32,000 nucleotides of DNA, taken from assembly GCF_900187275.1 (NCBI RefSeq), contig NZ_LT906458.1, forward strand, positions 300,001 through 332,000, written 5' to 3'. A program made the translations under genes and the position numbers. Shown in pieces: positions 1 to 8,542 of this stretch. Positions within the stretch are counted from its first letter, which is position 1. Each line of letters begins with the position of its first letter. The notes beneath the pieces are model-generated. The model worked only from the letters and a program-made list of their open reading frames with translations. It did no database searches and was not told the DNA's origin. The stretch comes from Pasteurella multocida (GTDB lineage: Bacteria > Pseudomonadota > Gammaproteobacteria > Enterobacterales > Pasteurellaceae).

Positions 1-47
1 TTAAAGAAGGGATCGATCTGAATACGATCGAGTGGACGCACCACTAA
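1..47 (+). CDS. iscS: cysteine desulfurase IscS, 3' end only (gene begins upstream of the window)
   Basis: Frame 3 reads ...KEGIDLNTIEWTHH followed by TAA at 45-47. This matches the conserved IscS C-terminal tail (E. coli ends ...IEWAHH). It lies directly upstream of iscU-iscA-hscBA-fdx. Confidence 0.7.
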   Translation, partial: KEGIDLNTIEWTHH

Positions 48-205
48 TCGGAGAAACATTGCTACAGTCTTTGCCGATTGTTCGGTTTATTGATGTGATT
101 TACGCCGTCTAGAAAGGTAATAGAGGCAATGTTTTTAGGTTTAATATTAAGCGGTTTAGTCGTCGGACGCGATATTCGCGTTCAATAACATATGATTTAA
201 AGAGA

Positions 206-214
206 AAGTGCGGT
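206..214 (+). repeat. uptake signal sequence core AAGTGCGGT
   Basis: Exact 9-mer in the iscS-iscU spacer, followed by TGTTTTT. Confidence 0.9.
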
Positions 215-278
215 TGTTTTTCAGTGAGTTTTAGCAACATGAAGAATCGGACTTTTATTAAACTGGAAGGAATACAAT

Positions 279-665
279 ATGGCATACAGTAATAAAGTAA
301 TTGATCATTATGAAAATCCACGTAACGTTGGATCTTTAGATAAGAAAGATGCAAACGTGGGGACTGGCATGGTAGGTGCACCTGCTTGTGGTGATGTGAT
401 GCAACTTCAAATTAAAGTCAGTGAAGAAGGCATTATTGAAGATGCAAAATTCAAAACTTACGGTTGTGGTTCAGCGATCGCCTCAAGTTCTTTAATTACA
501 GAATGGGTGAAAGGCAAATCACTTGATGAAGCACAGGCGATTAAAAACAGCCAAATCGCAGAAGAATTAGAATTACCACCTGTGAAAGTTCACTGTTCAA
601 TTTTAGCTGAAGATGCAATCAAAGCTGCGATTGCAGACTACAAAGCAAAAAAAGAAGCAAAATAA
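279..665 (+). CDS. iscU: Fe-S cluster assembly scaffold IscU
   Basis: 128-aa ORF starting MAYSNKVIDHYENPRNVG. It has the three scaffold cysteines (GAPACGD, YGCGSAIAS, HCS) and the LPPVK HscA-binding motif. A GGAAGGAA Shine-Dalgarno lies upstream. Confidence 0.97.
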   Translation: MAYSNKVIDHYENPRNVGSLDKKDANVGTGMVGAPACGDVMQLQIKVSEEGIIEDAKFKTYGCGSAIASSSLITEWVKGKSLDEAQAIKNSQIAEELELPPVKVHCSILAEDAIKAAIADYKAKKEAK

Positions 666-682
666 TCATCTAAAATTCAGTT

Positions 683-702
683 GGGGCAATTTTGCCCCTT
701 TC
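683..702 (+). other. GC-rich hairpin plus short T-run between iscU and iscA
   Basis: GGGGCA (683-688), loop ATTT, then TGCCCC (693-698), followed by TTTC. It lies 18 nt after the iscU stop. Confidence 0.5.
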
Positions 703-734
703 ACATTATAAGACGCAATGGAGTAGAGAATTTC

Positions 735-1058
735 ATGGGTATTTCCTTAACTGAAACGGCAGCAGATCGGGTACGAACCTTCCTCGCGAATCGTGGTAAA
801 GGCATTGGATTACGTTTAGGGATCAAAACTTCAGGTTGTTCTGGCTTAGCCTATGTCCTTGAATTTGTAGATGAGTTAAATCCTGAGGATCAGGTGTTTG
901 AACAACATGGTGTCAAAATCATTGTGGATGCCAAAAGTTTGGTCTATTTAGACGGCACTGAATTAGATTTCGCCAAAGAAGGATTAAATGAAGGCTTTAA
1001 GTTCAATAATCCGAATGTGAAAGATCAATGTGGTTGCGGAGAAAGTTTCCACGTTTAG
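735..1058 (+). CDS. iscA: A-type Fe-S carrier IscA
   Basis: 107 aa from ATG 735 ([13 protein letters not shown]...), the same length as E. coli IscA. It has the CSG motif and the C-terminal CGCGESF motif. The track ORF starting at TTG 681 runs through a hairpin and is not needed. Confidence 0.92.
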   Translation: MGISLTETAADRVRTFLANRGKGIGLRLGIKTSGCSGLAYVLEFVDELNPEDQVFEQHGVKIIVDAKSLVYLDGTELDFAKEGLNEGFKFNNPNVKDQCGCGESFHV

Positions 1059-1087
1059 CTGTTTTTTATCTGATATTTGAGTGAAAG

Positions 1088-1606
1088 ATGAACCCATTTA
1101 ATATTTTTGATTTACCAGTTGATTTTCATGTTGATCAAGCGACATTATCGGCACGTTATCTTGCCTTACAGAAATCCTTGCATCCTGACAATTTCACTAC
1201 GCATTCTGCACAAGAGCAGCGTTTAGCGATGCAACGGTCAGCAGAAGTCAATGATGCGCTACAAATTTTAAAAGATCCGATTTTGCGTGCGGAGACTATC
1301 ATTGCGATTTATACCGGTGAACAACAAAATATTGAAGAAAATAGCACCCGTGATATGGCATTTTTGATGCAACAAATGCAATGGCGGGAACAGCTAGAAA
1401 ATATTGAAGCGCAGCAAGACAGTGATCAACTGGTGGCGTTCAGTGCAGATATTGAACAAACGCAACAGGCTTTGTTAAGCGAATTAGCCGATGCATTGTC
1501 AAGCCAACAGTGGCAACAAGCAAAAGTCATTAACGACAAATTACGTTTTATTAAAAAATTATTGCTTGAAGTAGAACGTGTCGAAGAAAAGCTATTAGAC
1601 TTTTAA
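1088..1606 (+). CDS. hscB: Fe-S co-chaperone HscB (J-domain)
   Basis: 172 aa with an N-terminal J-domain carrying the HPD motif (SLHPDNF). It sits between iscA and hscA. Confidence 0.93.
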   Translation: MNPFNIFDLPVDFHVDQATLSARYLALQKSLHPDNFTTHSAQEQRLAMQRSAEVNDALQILKDPILRAETIIAIYTGEQQNIEENSTRDMAFLMQQMQWREQLENIEAQQDSDQLVAFSADIEQTQQALLSELADALSSQQWQQAKVINDKLRFIKKLLLEVERVEEKLLDF

Positions 1607-1634
1607 GTAGATTAAAACAACGACAAAATAAAAC

Positions 1635-1643
1635 TGCTATAAT
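1635..1643 (+). promoter_or_regulatory. candidate extended -10 promoter element (TGcTATAAT) in the hscB-hscA spacer
   Basis: TG at 1635-1636 and a perfect TATAAT at 1638-1643, 41 nt upstream of the hscA ATG. No convincing -35. It could be a chance match in AT-rich spacer. Confidence 0.3.
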
Positions 1644-1683
1644 ATAAAGTCAATAGGAAATAATAAGAGAATAGAGATAAACA

Positions 1684-3546
1684 ATGGCATTACTTCAAAT
1701 TGCAGAACCCGGTCAAAGTGCAAGTCCTCATCAACATAAATTAGCGGTAGGGATTGATTTGGGCACCACTAACTCGTTAATCGCGACTGTGCGTAGTGGT
1801 CAAGTGGATATTTTATTAGACGAAAAAGAACGCCCTTTACTCCCTTCCGTGGTGCATTTTGAACAAGATAACGTCATTGTCGGTTATGAGGCTGCTGAAT
1901 TAGCCAGTCAGAGTCCACAAAATACGATTGTTTCAGTTAAGCGTTTAATTGGGCGCAGTCTTGCCGATGTGCAACAACGTTATCCAAGTTTGCCGTATCA
2001 ATTTGAGGCAAGTGAAAATGGATTACCTTTAATCCGCACCAGTAAGGGCACATTAAGCCCAGTTGAAATTTCGGCAGAAATTTTGAAAAAATTGACCGCA
2101 CTGGCGGAAAAACGCCTAGCAGGAGAGTTATCTGGCGCGGTCATTACTGTGCCTGCGTATTTTGATGATGCACAGCGCCAAAGTACCAAAGATGCTGCAA
2201 AATTAGCGGGCATTAATGTGTTACGCTTATTAAATGAACCCACCGCTGCAGCGATTGCTTATGGCTTAGACAGTGGACAAGAAGGGGTGATTGCTGTTTA
2301 TGATTTAGGTGGCGGAACCTTTGATATTTCGATCTTACGTTTATCTAAAGGGGTGTTTGAAGTACTTGCAACTGGTGGAGATACCGCGTTGGGTGGTGAT
2401 GATTTTGATCACCAATTAATGGACTGGATCGTAGCGCAATCTGGTATTGCACCACAGAATGCACAGCAACAACGTCAACTTACAGAGCTTGCCACGCAAA
2501 TCAAAATTGCCTTAACGGATAAGCTTGAAACATCGATCTCTTATCAAGGCTGGCAAGGCAATATCAGTCGTGAGCAATTCAATCAGCTGATTCAAGGGTT
2601 AGTAAAACGCTCATTATTGGCTTGTCGTCGTGCCTTAAAAGATGCCGACGTAAGTGCTGATGAAGTATGCGAAGTGGTGATGGTCGGTGGTTCAACTCGT
2701 GTGCCGTTTGTGCGTGAACAAGTGGCGGTATTTTTCCAAAAAGAGCCGTTAACCTCGATTGATCCAGATAAAGTTGTGGCATTAGGTGCGGGGATTCAAG
2801 CGGATATTTTAGTGGGGAATAAACCCGATGCGGACATGTTGTTGTTAGATGTGATTCCACTCTCACTTGGCATTGAAACAATGGGGGGATTAGTAGAAAA
2901 AATTATTCCACGTAATACCACTATTCCAGTCGCGCGTGCACAGGAGTTTACCACCTTTAAAGATGGACAAACCGCGATGTCTGTTCACGTGGTACAAGGT
3001 GAACGTGAAATGGTCGCAGATTGTCGTTCCTTAGCGCGTTTTAGCTTAAGAGGTATTCCAGCGATGGCAGCAGGGGCGGCACATGTTCGTGTCACCTATC
3101 AAGTGGATGCGGATGGTTTGTTAAGTGTCACTGCGATGGAAAAATCCACGGGGGTGCAGTCATCCATTCAGGTTAAACCTTCTTATGGGTTAAGTGATGA
3201 TGAAATTACCAATATGCTAAAAGCCTCCATGCTGAATGCCAAAGAAGATATCCAAGCGCGTTTATTGGCAGAACAACGTGTAGAAGCGCAACGTGTATTA
3301 GAAAGTGTAGGTTCAGCATTAAGTGCTGATCAAGATTTATTAAATGACGAAGAATTAAGTGCGGTGAAAAACGCCATTATTTCTTTGCAACGCCTGCAAA
3401 AAGAAGGTGATACGCAAGAAATTAAGCAAGGTATTAAACAGCTTGATCTTGCAACACAAGAGTTTGCATCGCGTCGAATGGATAAGTCAATTCGTCAAGC
3501 CCTTGCTGGCAAAGCGATTGATGATGTAATGAAAAACGCAAAATAA
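1684..3546 (+). CDS. hscA: Fe-S cluster chaperone HscA (Hsp70 family)
   Basis: 620 aa with the Hsp70 ATPase motifs [17 protein letters not shown] and VGGSTRVP. It is in the canonical position after hscB. Confidence 0.97.
   Translation: MALLQIAEPGQSASPHQHKLAVGIDLGTTNSLIATVRSGQVDILLDEKERPLLPSVVHFEQDNVIVGYEAAELASQSPQNTIVSVKRLIGRSLADVQQRYPSLPYQFEASENGLPLIRTSKGTLSPVEISAEILKKLTALAEKRLAGELSGAVITVPAYFDDAQRQSTKDAAKLAGINVLRLLNEPTAAAIAYGLDSGQEGVIAVYDLGGGTFDISILRLSKGVFEVLATGGDTALGGDDFDHQLMDWIVAQSGIAPQNAQQQRQLTELATQIKIALTDKLETSISYQGWQGNISREQFNQLIQGLVKRSLLACRRALKDADVSADEVCEVVMVGGSTRVPFVREQVAVFFQKEPLTSIDPDKVVALGAGIQADILVGNKPDADMLLLDVIPLSLGIETMGGLVEKIIPRNTTIPVARAQEFTTFKDGQTAMSVHVVQGEREMVADCRSLARFSLRGIPAMAAGAAHVRVTYQVDADGLLSVTAMEKSTGVQSSIQVKPSYGLSDDEITNMLKASMLNAKEDIQARLLAEQRVEAQRVLESVGSALSADQDLLNDEELSAVKNAIISLQRLQKEGDTQEIKQGIKQLDLATQEFASRRMDKSIRQALAGKAIDDVMKNAK
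3357..3365 (+). repeat. uptake signal sequence core AAGTGCGGT
   Basis: Exact 9-mer inside hscA (encodes ..LSAVK..). Confidence 0.9.
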
Positions 3547-3566
3547 CCTTAAGAGATAGGATTAAA

Positions 3567-3902
3567 ATGCCAAAAGTTGTATTTTTACCCCACGAAGAAC
3601 TTTGCCCTGAAGGTTTAGCTTTAGAGGTAGCAGAGGGAGAAAACTTATTAGATGCAGCACTAGATGCCGGCATCGACATCGAGCACGCCTGTGATAAATC
3701 TTGTGCGTGTACCACCTGTCATGTGATTATTCGCGAGGGCTTTGATAGTTTAAATGAAAGCACGGATATGGAAGATGACATGCTTGATAAAGCGTGGGGG
3801 CTCGAAGTGGATAGTCGTTTGAGCTGCCAATGTTTGGTGGGGAAAGAAGATTTAGTGGTTGAAATTCCAAAATACAGTTTAAATCACGCGCGTGAAGAAT
3901 AA
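3567..3902 (+). CDS. fdx: [2Fe-2S] ferredoxin Fdx (ISC system)
   Basis: 111 aa starting MPKVVFLPHEELCPEG. It carries EHACDKSCACTTCH and the distal RLSCQ cysteine, and is nearly colinear with E. coli Fdx. Confidence 0.95.
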   Translation: MPKVVFLPHEELCPEGLALEVAEGENLLDAALDAGIDIEHACDKSCACTTCHVIIREGFDSLNESTDMEDDMLDKAWGLEVDSRLSCQCLVGKEDLVVEIPKYSLNHAREE

Positions 3903-3906
3903 ACAA

Positions 3907-3936
3907 AAGGCTCAACAAAGTTGAGCCTTTCTCTTT
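3907..3936. terminator. bidirectional rho-independent terminator between convergent fdx and mtgA
   Basis: A perfect 10-bp stem, AAGGCTCAAC (3907-3916) with GTTGAGCCTT (3920-3929), and a 3-nt loop. It is T-rich on both flanks (AAACAAAA upstream, TCTCTTT downstream). Confidence 0.8.
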
Positions 3937-3954
3937 AAGAAAACTCTAAAATCG

Positions 3955-3963
3955 ACCGCACTT
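3955..3963 (-). repeat. uptake signal sequence core (ACCGCACTT on the plus strand)
   Basis: Exact 9-mer in the fdx/mtgA convergent spacer. Confidence 0.9.
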
Positions 3964-3974
3964 TCAGCATAGCG

Positions 3975-4715
3975 CTAATCTAACTGACTTAAATGCTGCT
4001 TTCCTAACAACCCCATTTGACGCTGAATATGCTGTTGTCTTTTTTTCACATAAGCACAGGGTTTGTCCACTTTGAAGATAATCGGGTTTGGAAGTACTGC
4101 TGCGAGTAATGCGGCTTCAGCATTGCTTAACTGTTTAGCCGGTTTGTGAAAATAATGCTGACTGGCAGCTTCTACACCAAAAATATTCGGTCCAAATTCA
4201 GCAATATTAAGATAGACTTCCAGAATGCGTTTTTTAGACCAAAGGGTTTCAAGCACGAGCGTGGTAGGCATTTCAATGGCTTTGCGCAACCAACTTTGCC
4301 CATGCCACAAGTATAGATTTTTAGCTGTTTGCTGGCTGATGGTTGAGCCTCCGCGGATTCTTTTTCCGCGTTGATTGTGTTGTAAAGCAGATTGAATGGC
4401 GTCCCAATCAAAGCCATAATGGGTCGTAAAGCGTTGATCTTCGCTAGCAATGACGGCTAACTGCATGGATTGACTTATTTGCTCAAGAGGGACCCATTGA
4501 TAATGGATCGTGCTACTCAAATTCCCTTCAAACAGATAGCCTATTTTTTGCTGTAGCATATAGGCAGAAAACGGAACGGGTACGAAACGAAACAGTACCA
4601 CACTTGAAAAAAACAGCACGAGAAATAGTGCAAAAGTGCGGTAAAGTTTGCGTTTAAATTGTTGCCAAATACTGAAACAAGGAAAAGGATGCTTAGTCTT
4701 TTTTAGCTTGCTCAT
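3975..4715 (-). CDS. mtgA: monofunctional peptidoglycan glycosyltransferase MtgA
   Basis: 246 aa with an N-terminal TM helix and the GT51 motifs ASEDQRF, RGGSTISQQTAKN and SKKRILEVYLN. It is colinear with E. coli MtgA. Confidence 0.92.
   Translation of the reverse strand: MSKLKKTKHPFPCFSIWQQFKRKLYRTFALFLVLFFSSVVLFRFVPVPFSAYMLQQKIGYLFEGNLSSTIHYQWVPLEQISQSMQLAVIASEDQRFTTHYGFDWDAIQSALQHNQRGKRIRGGSTISQQTAKNLYLWHGQSWLRKAIEMPTTLVLETLWSKKRILEVYLNIAEFGPNIFGVEAASQHYFHKPAKQLSNAEAALLAAVLPNPIIFKVDKPCAYVKKRQQHIQRQMGLLGKQHLSQLD
4634..4642 (+). repeat. uptake signal sequence core AAGTGCGGT
   Basis: Exact 9-mer inside mtgA, antisense to the gene. Confidence 0.9.
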
Positions 4716-5001
4716 CTAATTGTTCTTTTACCCACGCCATAAATTCAGGTGGCATGGTTTTAATCATATTTGAGCCACGAGTAATGGTGGCTGCGCTGGT
4801 ATTGAGATTTTGCTGAATTTCGCGTTGGGGTACGCTTTTATCTAATAATTGAGCGACAATTTGTAAGCGTAGTCCGACGGAGTCTCGTTCGTCAGGGGTG
4901 AGCAAGAGAGTTAAGATTTCCTGCTCTTTGCCTTGGGCGAATGCGGTGCGTAACATTTCGACGAAAGCATGCCATTGTTCAAGATTGCGACTTAAGTACA
5001 T
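4693..5001 (-). CDS. trpR: Trp operon repressor TrpR
   Basis: 102 aa with LLLTPDERDSVGLRLQIV and the helix-turn-helix QREIQQNLNTSAATITRGSN typical of TrpR. A GGGAGGAA Shine-Dalgarno lies upstream. It sits beside slt, as in E. coli. Confidence 0.92.
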   Translation of the reverse strand: MYLSRNLEQWHAFVEMLRTAFAQGKEQEILTLLLTPDERDSVGLRLQIVAQLLDKSVPQREIQQNLNTSAATITRGSNMIKTMPPEFMAWVKEQLDEQAKKD

Positions 5002-5018
5002 AGTATTTCCTCCCTTTG

Positions 5019-5032
5019 ACTATCGCACTAGT
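5019..5032 (-). promoter_or_regulatory. candidate TrpR operator (ACTAGTGCGATAGT on the minus strand) overlapping a putative trpR -10
   Basis: The minus strand reads ATACTAGTGCGATAGTCA, which matches 11/18 positions of the trp operator consensus GTACTAGTTAACTAGTAC with the ACTA-N6-TAGT symmetry intact. It overlaps TATACT (5035 to 5030). A possible -35, TAGCCA (5058 to 5053), lies at 17-nt spacing. Confidence 0.35.
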
Positions 5033-7070
5033 ATAATCGATTATATTCATCTTGGCTAAATTTTTGCTGTGGTTGCTGTTGTAGCCACTGATAATACACA
5101 TCATAAGTCAACACATTTTGTACATAACCTCTTGTTTCATAAAAAGGTATCGAGGCAATGAACTCTGCCATACTTAATTTACCGTCCGCTTTCGCTAACC
5201 AACGATCCACTCGGCTTGCCCCCGCATTATAAGCCGCGGCAATTAAAATACGGTTATTACCATATTTATCATACAGTTGCTGCAAATGAGCGGTGCCTAG
5301 CATAATGTTATCAAAGGGATCAAACAGTTGCTTTTGATGCGTATAAGGCAAACCTGCTTCTTGGGCTGTTTGTTTTGCGGTACTCGGTAAGAGTTGCATC
5401 AGCCCTTGTGCATTGGCATGAGAGGAAACATAGGGTTTCCAAGCACTTTCTTGGCGCGCGATAGCCATCGCAAAAGTGCGCGAAACATTTTTATTATTGA
5501 GATGTAAATCGAACCAATCTAAATAGGCATTGGGTAAGCGCAGGGCAAGATAGCCCCATGCTTTGGCCTGAATTGTCGCTTCTACGCCTAAATCAAACCA
5601 AGCTTGTTCCGTGGCAAAGTGTGACAAGGCGAGTTTTTGTTCAAAGTTCGCTTTCTCCAATAAGGCTTTCCACTCAAGATTCATATATTGAGTGGCGTTG
5701 TGTTCGCGTAGTTCCGCGATCCTACTTAATTCAACGGAGAATTTCTCTTGTATATCTGTGGCAGAAGTCGAGCTAAAAACGTCCATTGCGGGAGCGTAGT
5801 CGATATTCAATTCCGCACTGGCTAACAAAGGGTAAAACCCGCGTTGTTTTGCTAATTGTTGAAAGATTTGTTGGGCTTGTTCAGTGGTTTTTTTATTTTG
5901 TGCGAAGACTTTTGCTTGCCAATAACGCCATTCTTCTTTCTGTTTGGCGCTATTGGACAACAAATCTAGCCAAGGTGTGAGCTCGGTTTTTTCACGCAGC
6001 GCGGTACGTAAACGGCGTTCTGTGAGCGTATCTTCTTTCAGCTCAAATAACTGTGCATCTCGCCATTTTTGCAAGTTGAGGTTTTCACTATCAAAGAGAT
6101 GGCTAATTAAGTGCTTTTTCCATTGACGTTGTTGTGCTTCAGATAACCTTAGCTTATTTGCCCATTGTGCATAGGGTTCAAAAGGATCATGCTGGTTTTT
6201 GATGTCCGTTTCTTTCAGCCGTTTTATCAACGCAGAAAAATGATTTAACAGGATTCGCTGTGCAAACGGATCATCCGCAGAAAGGGTATCAATAAAAAAA
6301 GCAGATTGAGGGTGCTGTAAGCGTAACGGATTTTTACTGAGCTGGTGGAGCTCATTTAGCCAGCGTTTCGTGTCTGCTTGGTCAGCTTGTTGTAATAAGG
6401 AAGCAAGTAGCGCTTGATTGCCTTGCTCAAAGGCGAGGACGGCACGTTCTTTTAATTCAGTTTCCTCAGGATAACCTTTTTCTTTCCAACGTGCGAAAAG
6501 CGTATCACAGGCTTTGGGTAAAGAAGCACCATTGCGCCATATTTGGGCGACTTGTTGTTGCCATTGTTTGAGGGAAAACGCTGGAGAATTAGGCTGCGTT
6601 TCATATTCCGCTTGTAACTGTATGCAACGTGAAGCCATATCTTTAGGGCGGAAAGGGGAGTGAATAATCGCTTGCCATTCAGCCTTGTCTTGAGCCTGTT
6701 GTAACCATTGTTTTTGCAATTCCGTTGTTAAGGGAAAAGACGGAAAATCGGTTTGGAATGCCTCAATCTGTGCTAAGGATAATTGGTCTTTGAGTGCTTT
6801 TAAGTAAGCGTATTGAGCGTAAGGATAAAGAGGATAATCCTCAATTTTTGCTAATAGGGCTTGCACAATCCGTTGCGTGTTTTCGGATTGTGAACGTTGC
6901 AGTAATTGATGTATTTTTTGATAAATCTGGCGTGCTTGCACTAAATTGGTCGTGGTAAGCGATGCCTCAGTAGGTTGAGTCTTATCTTCTGGTACGCTAA
7001 CAGACGCGGCAGCAAGTGACATCGACATCAAGGTCAGTAAATAAGTGAGCGCAATTTTTGTTAGTTTCAT
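5028..7070 (-). CDS. slt: soluble lytic murein transglycosylase (Slt70 family)
   Basis: 680 aa with a signal peptide and a long helical repeat region. The C-terminal goose-lysozyme-like domain has the catalytic ARQESAWKP, GLMQLLPSTA and AAYNAGASRV motifs. Confidence 0.9.
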   Translation of the reverse strand: MKLTKIALTYLLTLMSMSLAAASVSVPEDKTQPTEASLTTTNLVQARQIYQKIHQLLQRSQSENTQRIVQALLAKIEDYPLYPYAQYAYLKALKDQLSLAQIEAFQTDFPSFPLTTELQKQWLQQAQDKAEWQAIIHSPFRPKDMASRCIQLQAEYETQPNSPAFSLKQWQQQVAQIWRNGASLPKACDTLFARWKEKGYPEETELKERAVLAFEQGNQALLASLLQQADQADTKRWLNELHQLSKNPLRLQHPQSAFFIDTLSADDPFAQRILLNHFSALIKRLKETDIKNQHDPFEPYAQWANKLRLSEAQQRQWKKHLISHLFDSENLNLQKWRDAQLFELKEDTLTERRLRTALREKTELTPWLDLLSNSAKQKEEWRYWQAKVFAQNKKTTEQAQQIFQQLAKQRGFYPLLASAELNIDYAPAMDVFSSTSATDIQEKFSVELSRIAELREHNATQYMNLEWKALLEKANFEQKLALSHFATEQAWFDLGVEATIQAKAWGYLALRLPNAYLDWFDLHLNNKNVSRTFAMAIARQESAWKPYVSSHANAQGLMQLLPSTAKQTAQEAGLPYTHQKQLFDPFDNIMLGTAHLQQLYDKYGNNRILIAAAYNAGASRVDRWLAKADGKLSMAEFIASIPFYETRGYVQNVLTYDVYYQWLQQQPQQKFSQDEYNRLY

Positions 7071-7130
7071 TCATTTCTCGAACAGATTAAGGATAAAAAT
7101 GATACAAATTTAGACCTGATTTGACAGGAA

Positions 7131-7139
7131 AAGTGCGGT
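7131..7139 (+). repeat. uptake signal sequence core AAGTGCGGT
   Basis: Exact 9-mer in the slt/yciI spacer, followed by GTGTTTTT. Confidence 0.9.
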
Positions 7140-7160
7140 GTGTTTTTAATTTATTTTGAA

Positions 7161-7190
7161 CAAGAAAAAGGGCGAAAGCTTTTTCGCCCT
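7161..7190 (-). terminator. rho-independent terminator after yciI
   Basis: Stem AGGGCGAAA (7169-7177) pairs with TTTCGCCCT (7182-7190). On the minus strand the hairpin is followed by TTTTCTTG. Confidence 0.75.
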
Positions 7191-7213
7191 AAGATAAATG
7201 ACATATAAAGGGA

Positions 7214-7516
7214 TTAAAAAACGCGTTTAAAGGGCTTGATGATGACATCCGCATATACGCCTGCTTCCACATAGGGATCTTCACTCGCCCATTGTTGCGC
7301 ATCCGCTAAGCTAGCAAATTGAGCAATCACGGTTGAACCAGTAAACCCAGCTTCACCCGGATTTTCACTGTCAATGGCGGGATTAGGACCCGCGACCAAT
7401 AGACGATCTTCTGCTTGGAGCTGAGTTAAGCGGGCGAGGTGTTTCTCACGCACGGCTAAACGTTGTGCTAAGGTGTTAGGGTTATCCTGTGCAAAAATAA
7501 CATAGTACATCATCAT
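7214..7516 (-). CDS. yciI: YciI-like protein
   Basis: 100 aa, colinear with E. coli YciI (YVIFAQD...[12 protein letters not shown]...[11 protein letters not shown]...DPYVEAGVY...KPFKRVF). An AAGGA Shine-Dalgarno lies upstream. Confidence 0.85.
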   Translation of the reverse strand: MMMYYVIFAQDNPNTLAQRLAVREKHLARLTQLQAEDRLLVAGPNPAIDSENPGEAGFTGSTVIAQFASLADAQQWASEDPYVEAGVYADVIIKPFKRVF

Positions 7517-7535
7517 TTCTTTCCTTCTTTGTGGC

Positions 7536-7985
7536 TTAAGAGAGTGCTTGAGTTAATTCTGGGTTATTTTCTCGTGGTACCGCGCGAGGTCGTCCTTCTT
7601 TATCGACAGCAACAAACGTAAAGACCGCCTCAGTCACACAATAGCGTTCCCCAATCGGTTCACTGGCGACTTTTTTCACCCACACTTCTACTTTAATTTT
7701 AATAGATGAACGTCCCACACTTAAACATTTACCGTAACAGCAAACCACATCGCCTACCGCAATAGGACGGATAAAGGTCATGCTGTCGACTGCAATAGTG
7801 ACGACGCGACCATGTGCGATTTCTTTCGCTAAAATCGCGCCGCCCATATCCATTTGTGACATAATCCAACCACCAAAAATATCACCATTGGCATTCGTAT
7901 CAGAAGGCATTGCGAGAGTACGTAGTAATAATGTGCCTCGAGTATCACAGCTTTTTGAAGTATCAACGTGAGTTGTCATGATCAT
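7536..7985 (-). CDS. yciA: acyl-CoA thioester hydrolase YciA (hotdog fold)
   Basis: 149 aa with the [26 protein letters not shown] hotdog thioesterase signature. Its start overlaps the yciB stop (ATGA). Confidence 0.9.
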   Translation of the reverse strand: MIMTTHVDTSKSCDTRGTLLLRTLAMPSDTNANGDIFGGWIMSQMDMGGAILAKEIAHGRVVTIAVDSMTFIRPIAVGDVVCCYGKCLSVGRSSIKIKVEVWVKKVASEPIGERYCVTEAVFTFVAVDKEGRPRAVPRENNPELTQALS

Positions 7986-8536
7986 TCCTTATTGTTGCTT
8001 TTGGTTTGCGGAAGATAGCGGTAAATATAGATGCCGGTGATTATTGTGGCAATGAGAGTCATACCGAGAATACCGAACGTCTTAAAATCCACCCACAAAT
8101 CGTCCGATAAATATTGGCTAATATAAAGATTAATTAACATGCAGAGTAAGAAGAAAAGTGCCCAACCGAGATTGAGTCGATTCCATACCTGTTCCGGTAA
8201 CTCAAGCGCATCTTCTTTGCCTAACATTAGTTTTATCAGATTTTTATTAAAGCCATATTGGCTAACAAGTAAAACCAAGGCAAAAATGGCATAGACAATG
8301 GTCACTTTCCATTTTAAGTATTCAAGTTGATTAAAATACGCCGTTAATGTACCAAAAAATACCACAGCGATCCCCATAAACAGTTGTTGTTTTTCAACTT
8401 TGCCATATTTGATTTTTAGAATCAGTAATTGAATGAGGGTCGCGATGATCAAGGTAATTGCGGCTTCGCGGATGCCCACGAGCTTGTACACCGCAAAGAA
8501 CAAAATAAGTGGAATAAATTCTAATAATTGTTTCAT
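7982..8536 (-). CDS. yciB: inner-membrane protein YciB (intracellular septation protein A)
   Basis: 184 aa, about 5 TM helices, starting [18 protein letters not shown], which is typical of YciB/IspZ. It lies between yciC and yciA, as in E. coli. Confidence 0.9.
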   Translation of the reverse strand: MKQLLEFIPLILFFAVYKLVGIREAAITLIIATLIQLLILKIKYGKVEKQQLFMGIAVVFFGTLTAYFNQLEYLKWKVTIVYAIFALVLLVSQYGFNKNLIKLMLGKEDALELPEQVWNRLNLGWALFFLLCMLINLYISQYLSDDLWVDFKTFGILGMTLIATIITGIYIYRYLPQTKSNNKE

Positions 8537-8542
8537 GTTGGT

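Noticed and set aside
239-292. 17-codon ORF (MKNRTFIKLEGIQYGIQ) overlapping the iscU start out of frame
   Set aside because: It has no Shine-Dalgarno and is likely a chance ORF. It overlaps the iscU ribosome-binding region.
109-381. 90-aa minus-strand ORF spanning the iscS-iscU spacer and the iscU start
   Set aside because: It is antisense to the well-supported iscU start. It has no recognisable motif and an odd composition. It looks like a shadow ORF in AT-rich sequence.
681-734. TTG-initiated 18-codon N-terminal extension of iscA given in the ORF track
   Set aside because: The extension runs through the GGGGCA/TGCCCC hairpin. ATG 735 gives a 107-aa protein matching IscA length and the MGISLT.. 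N-terminus.
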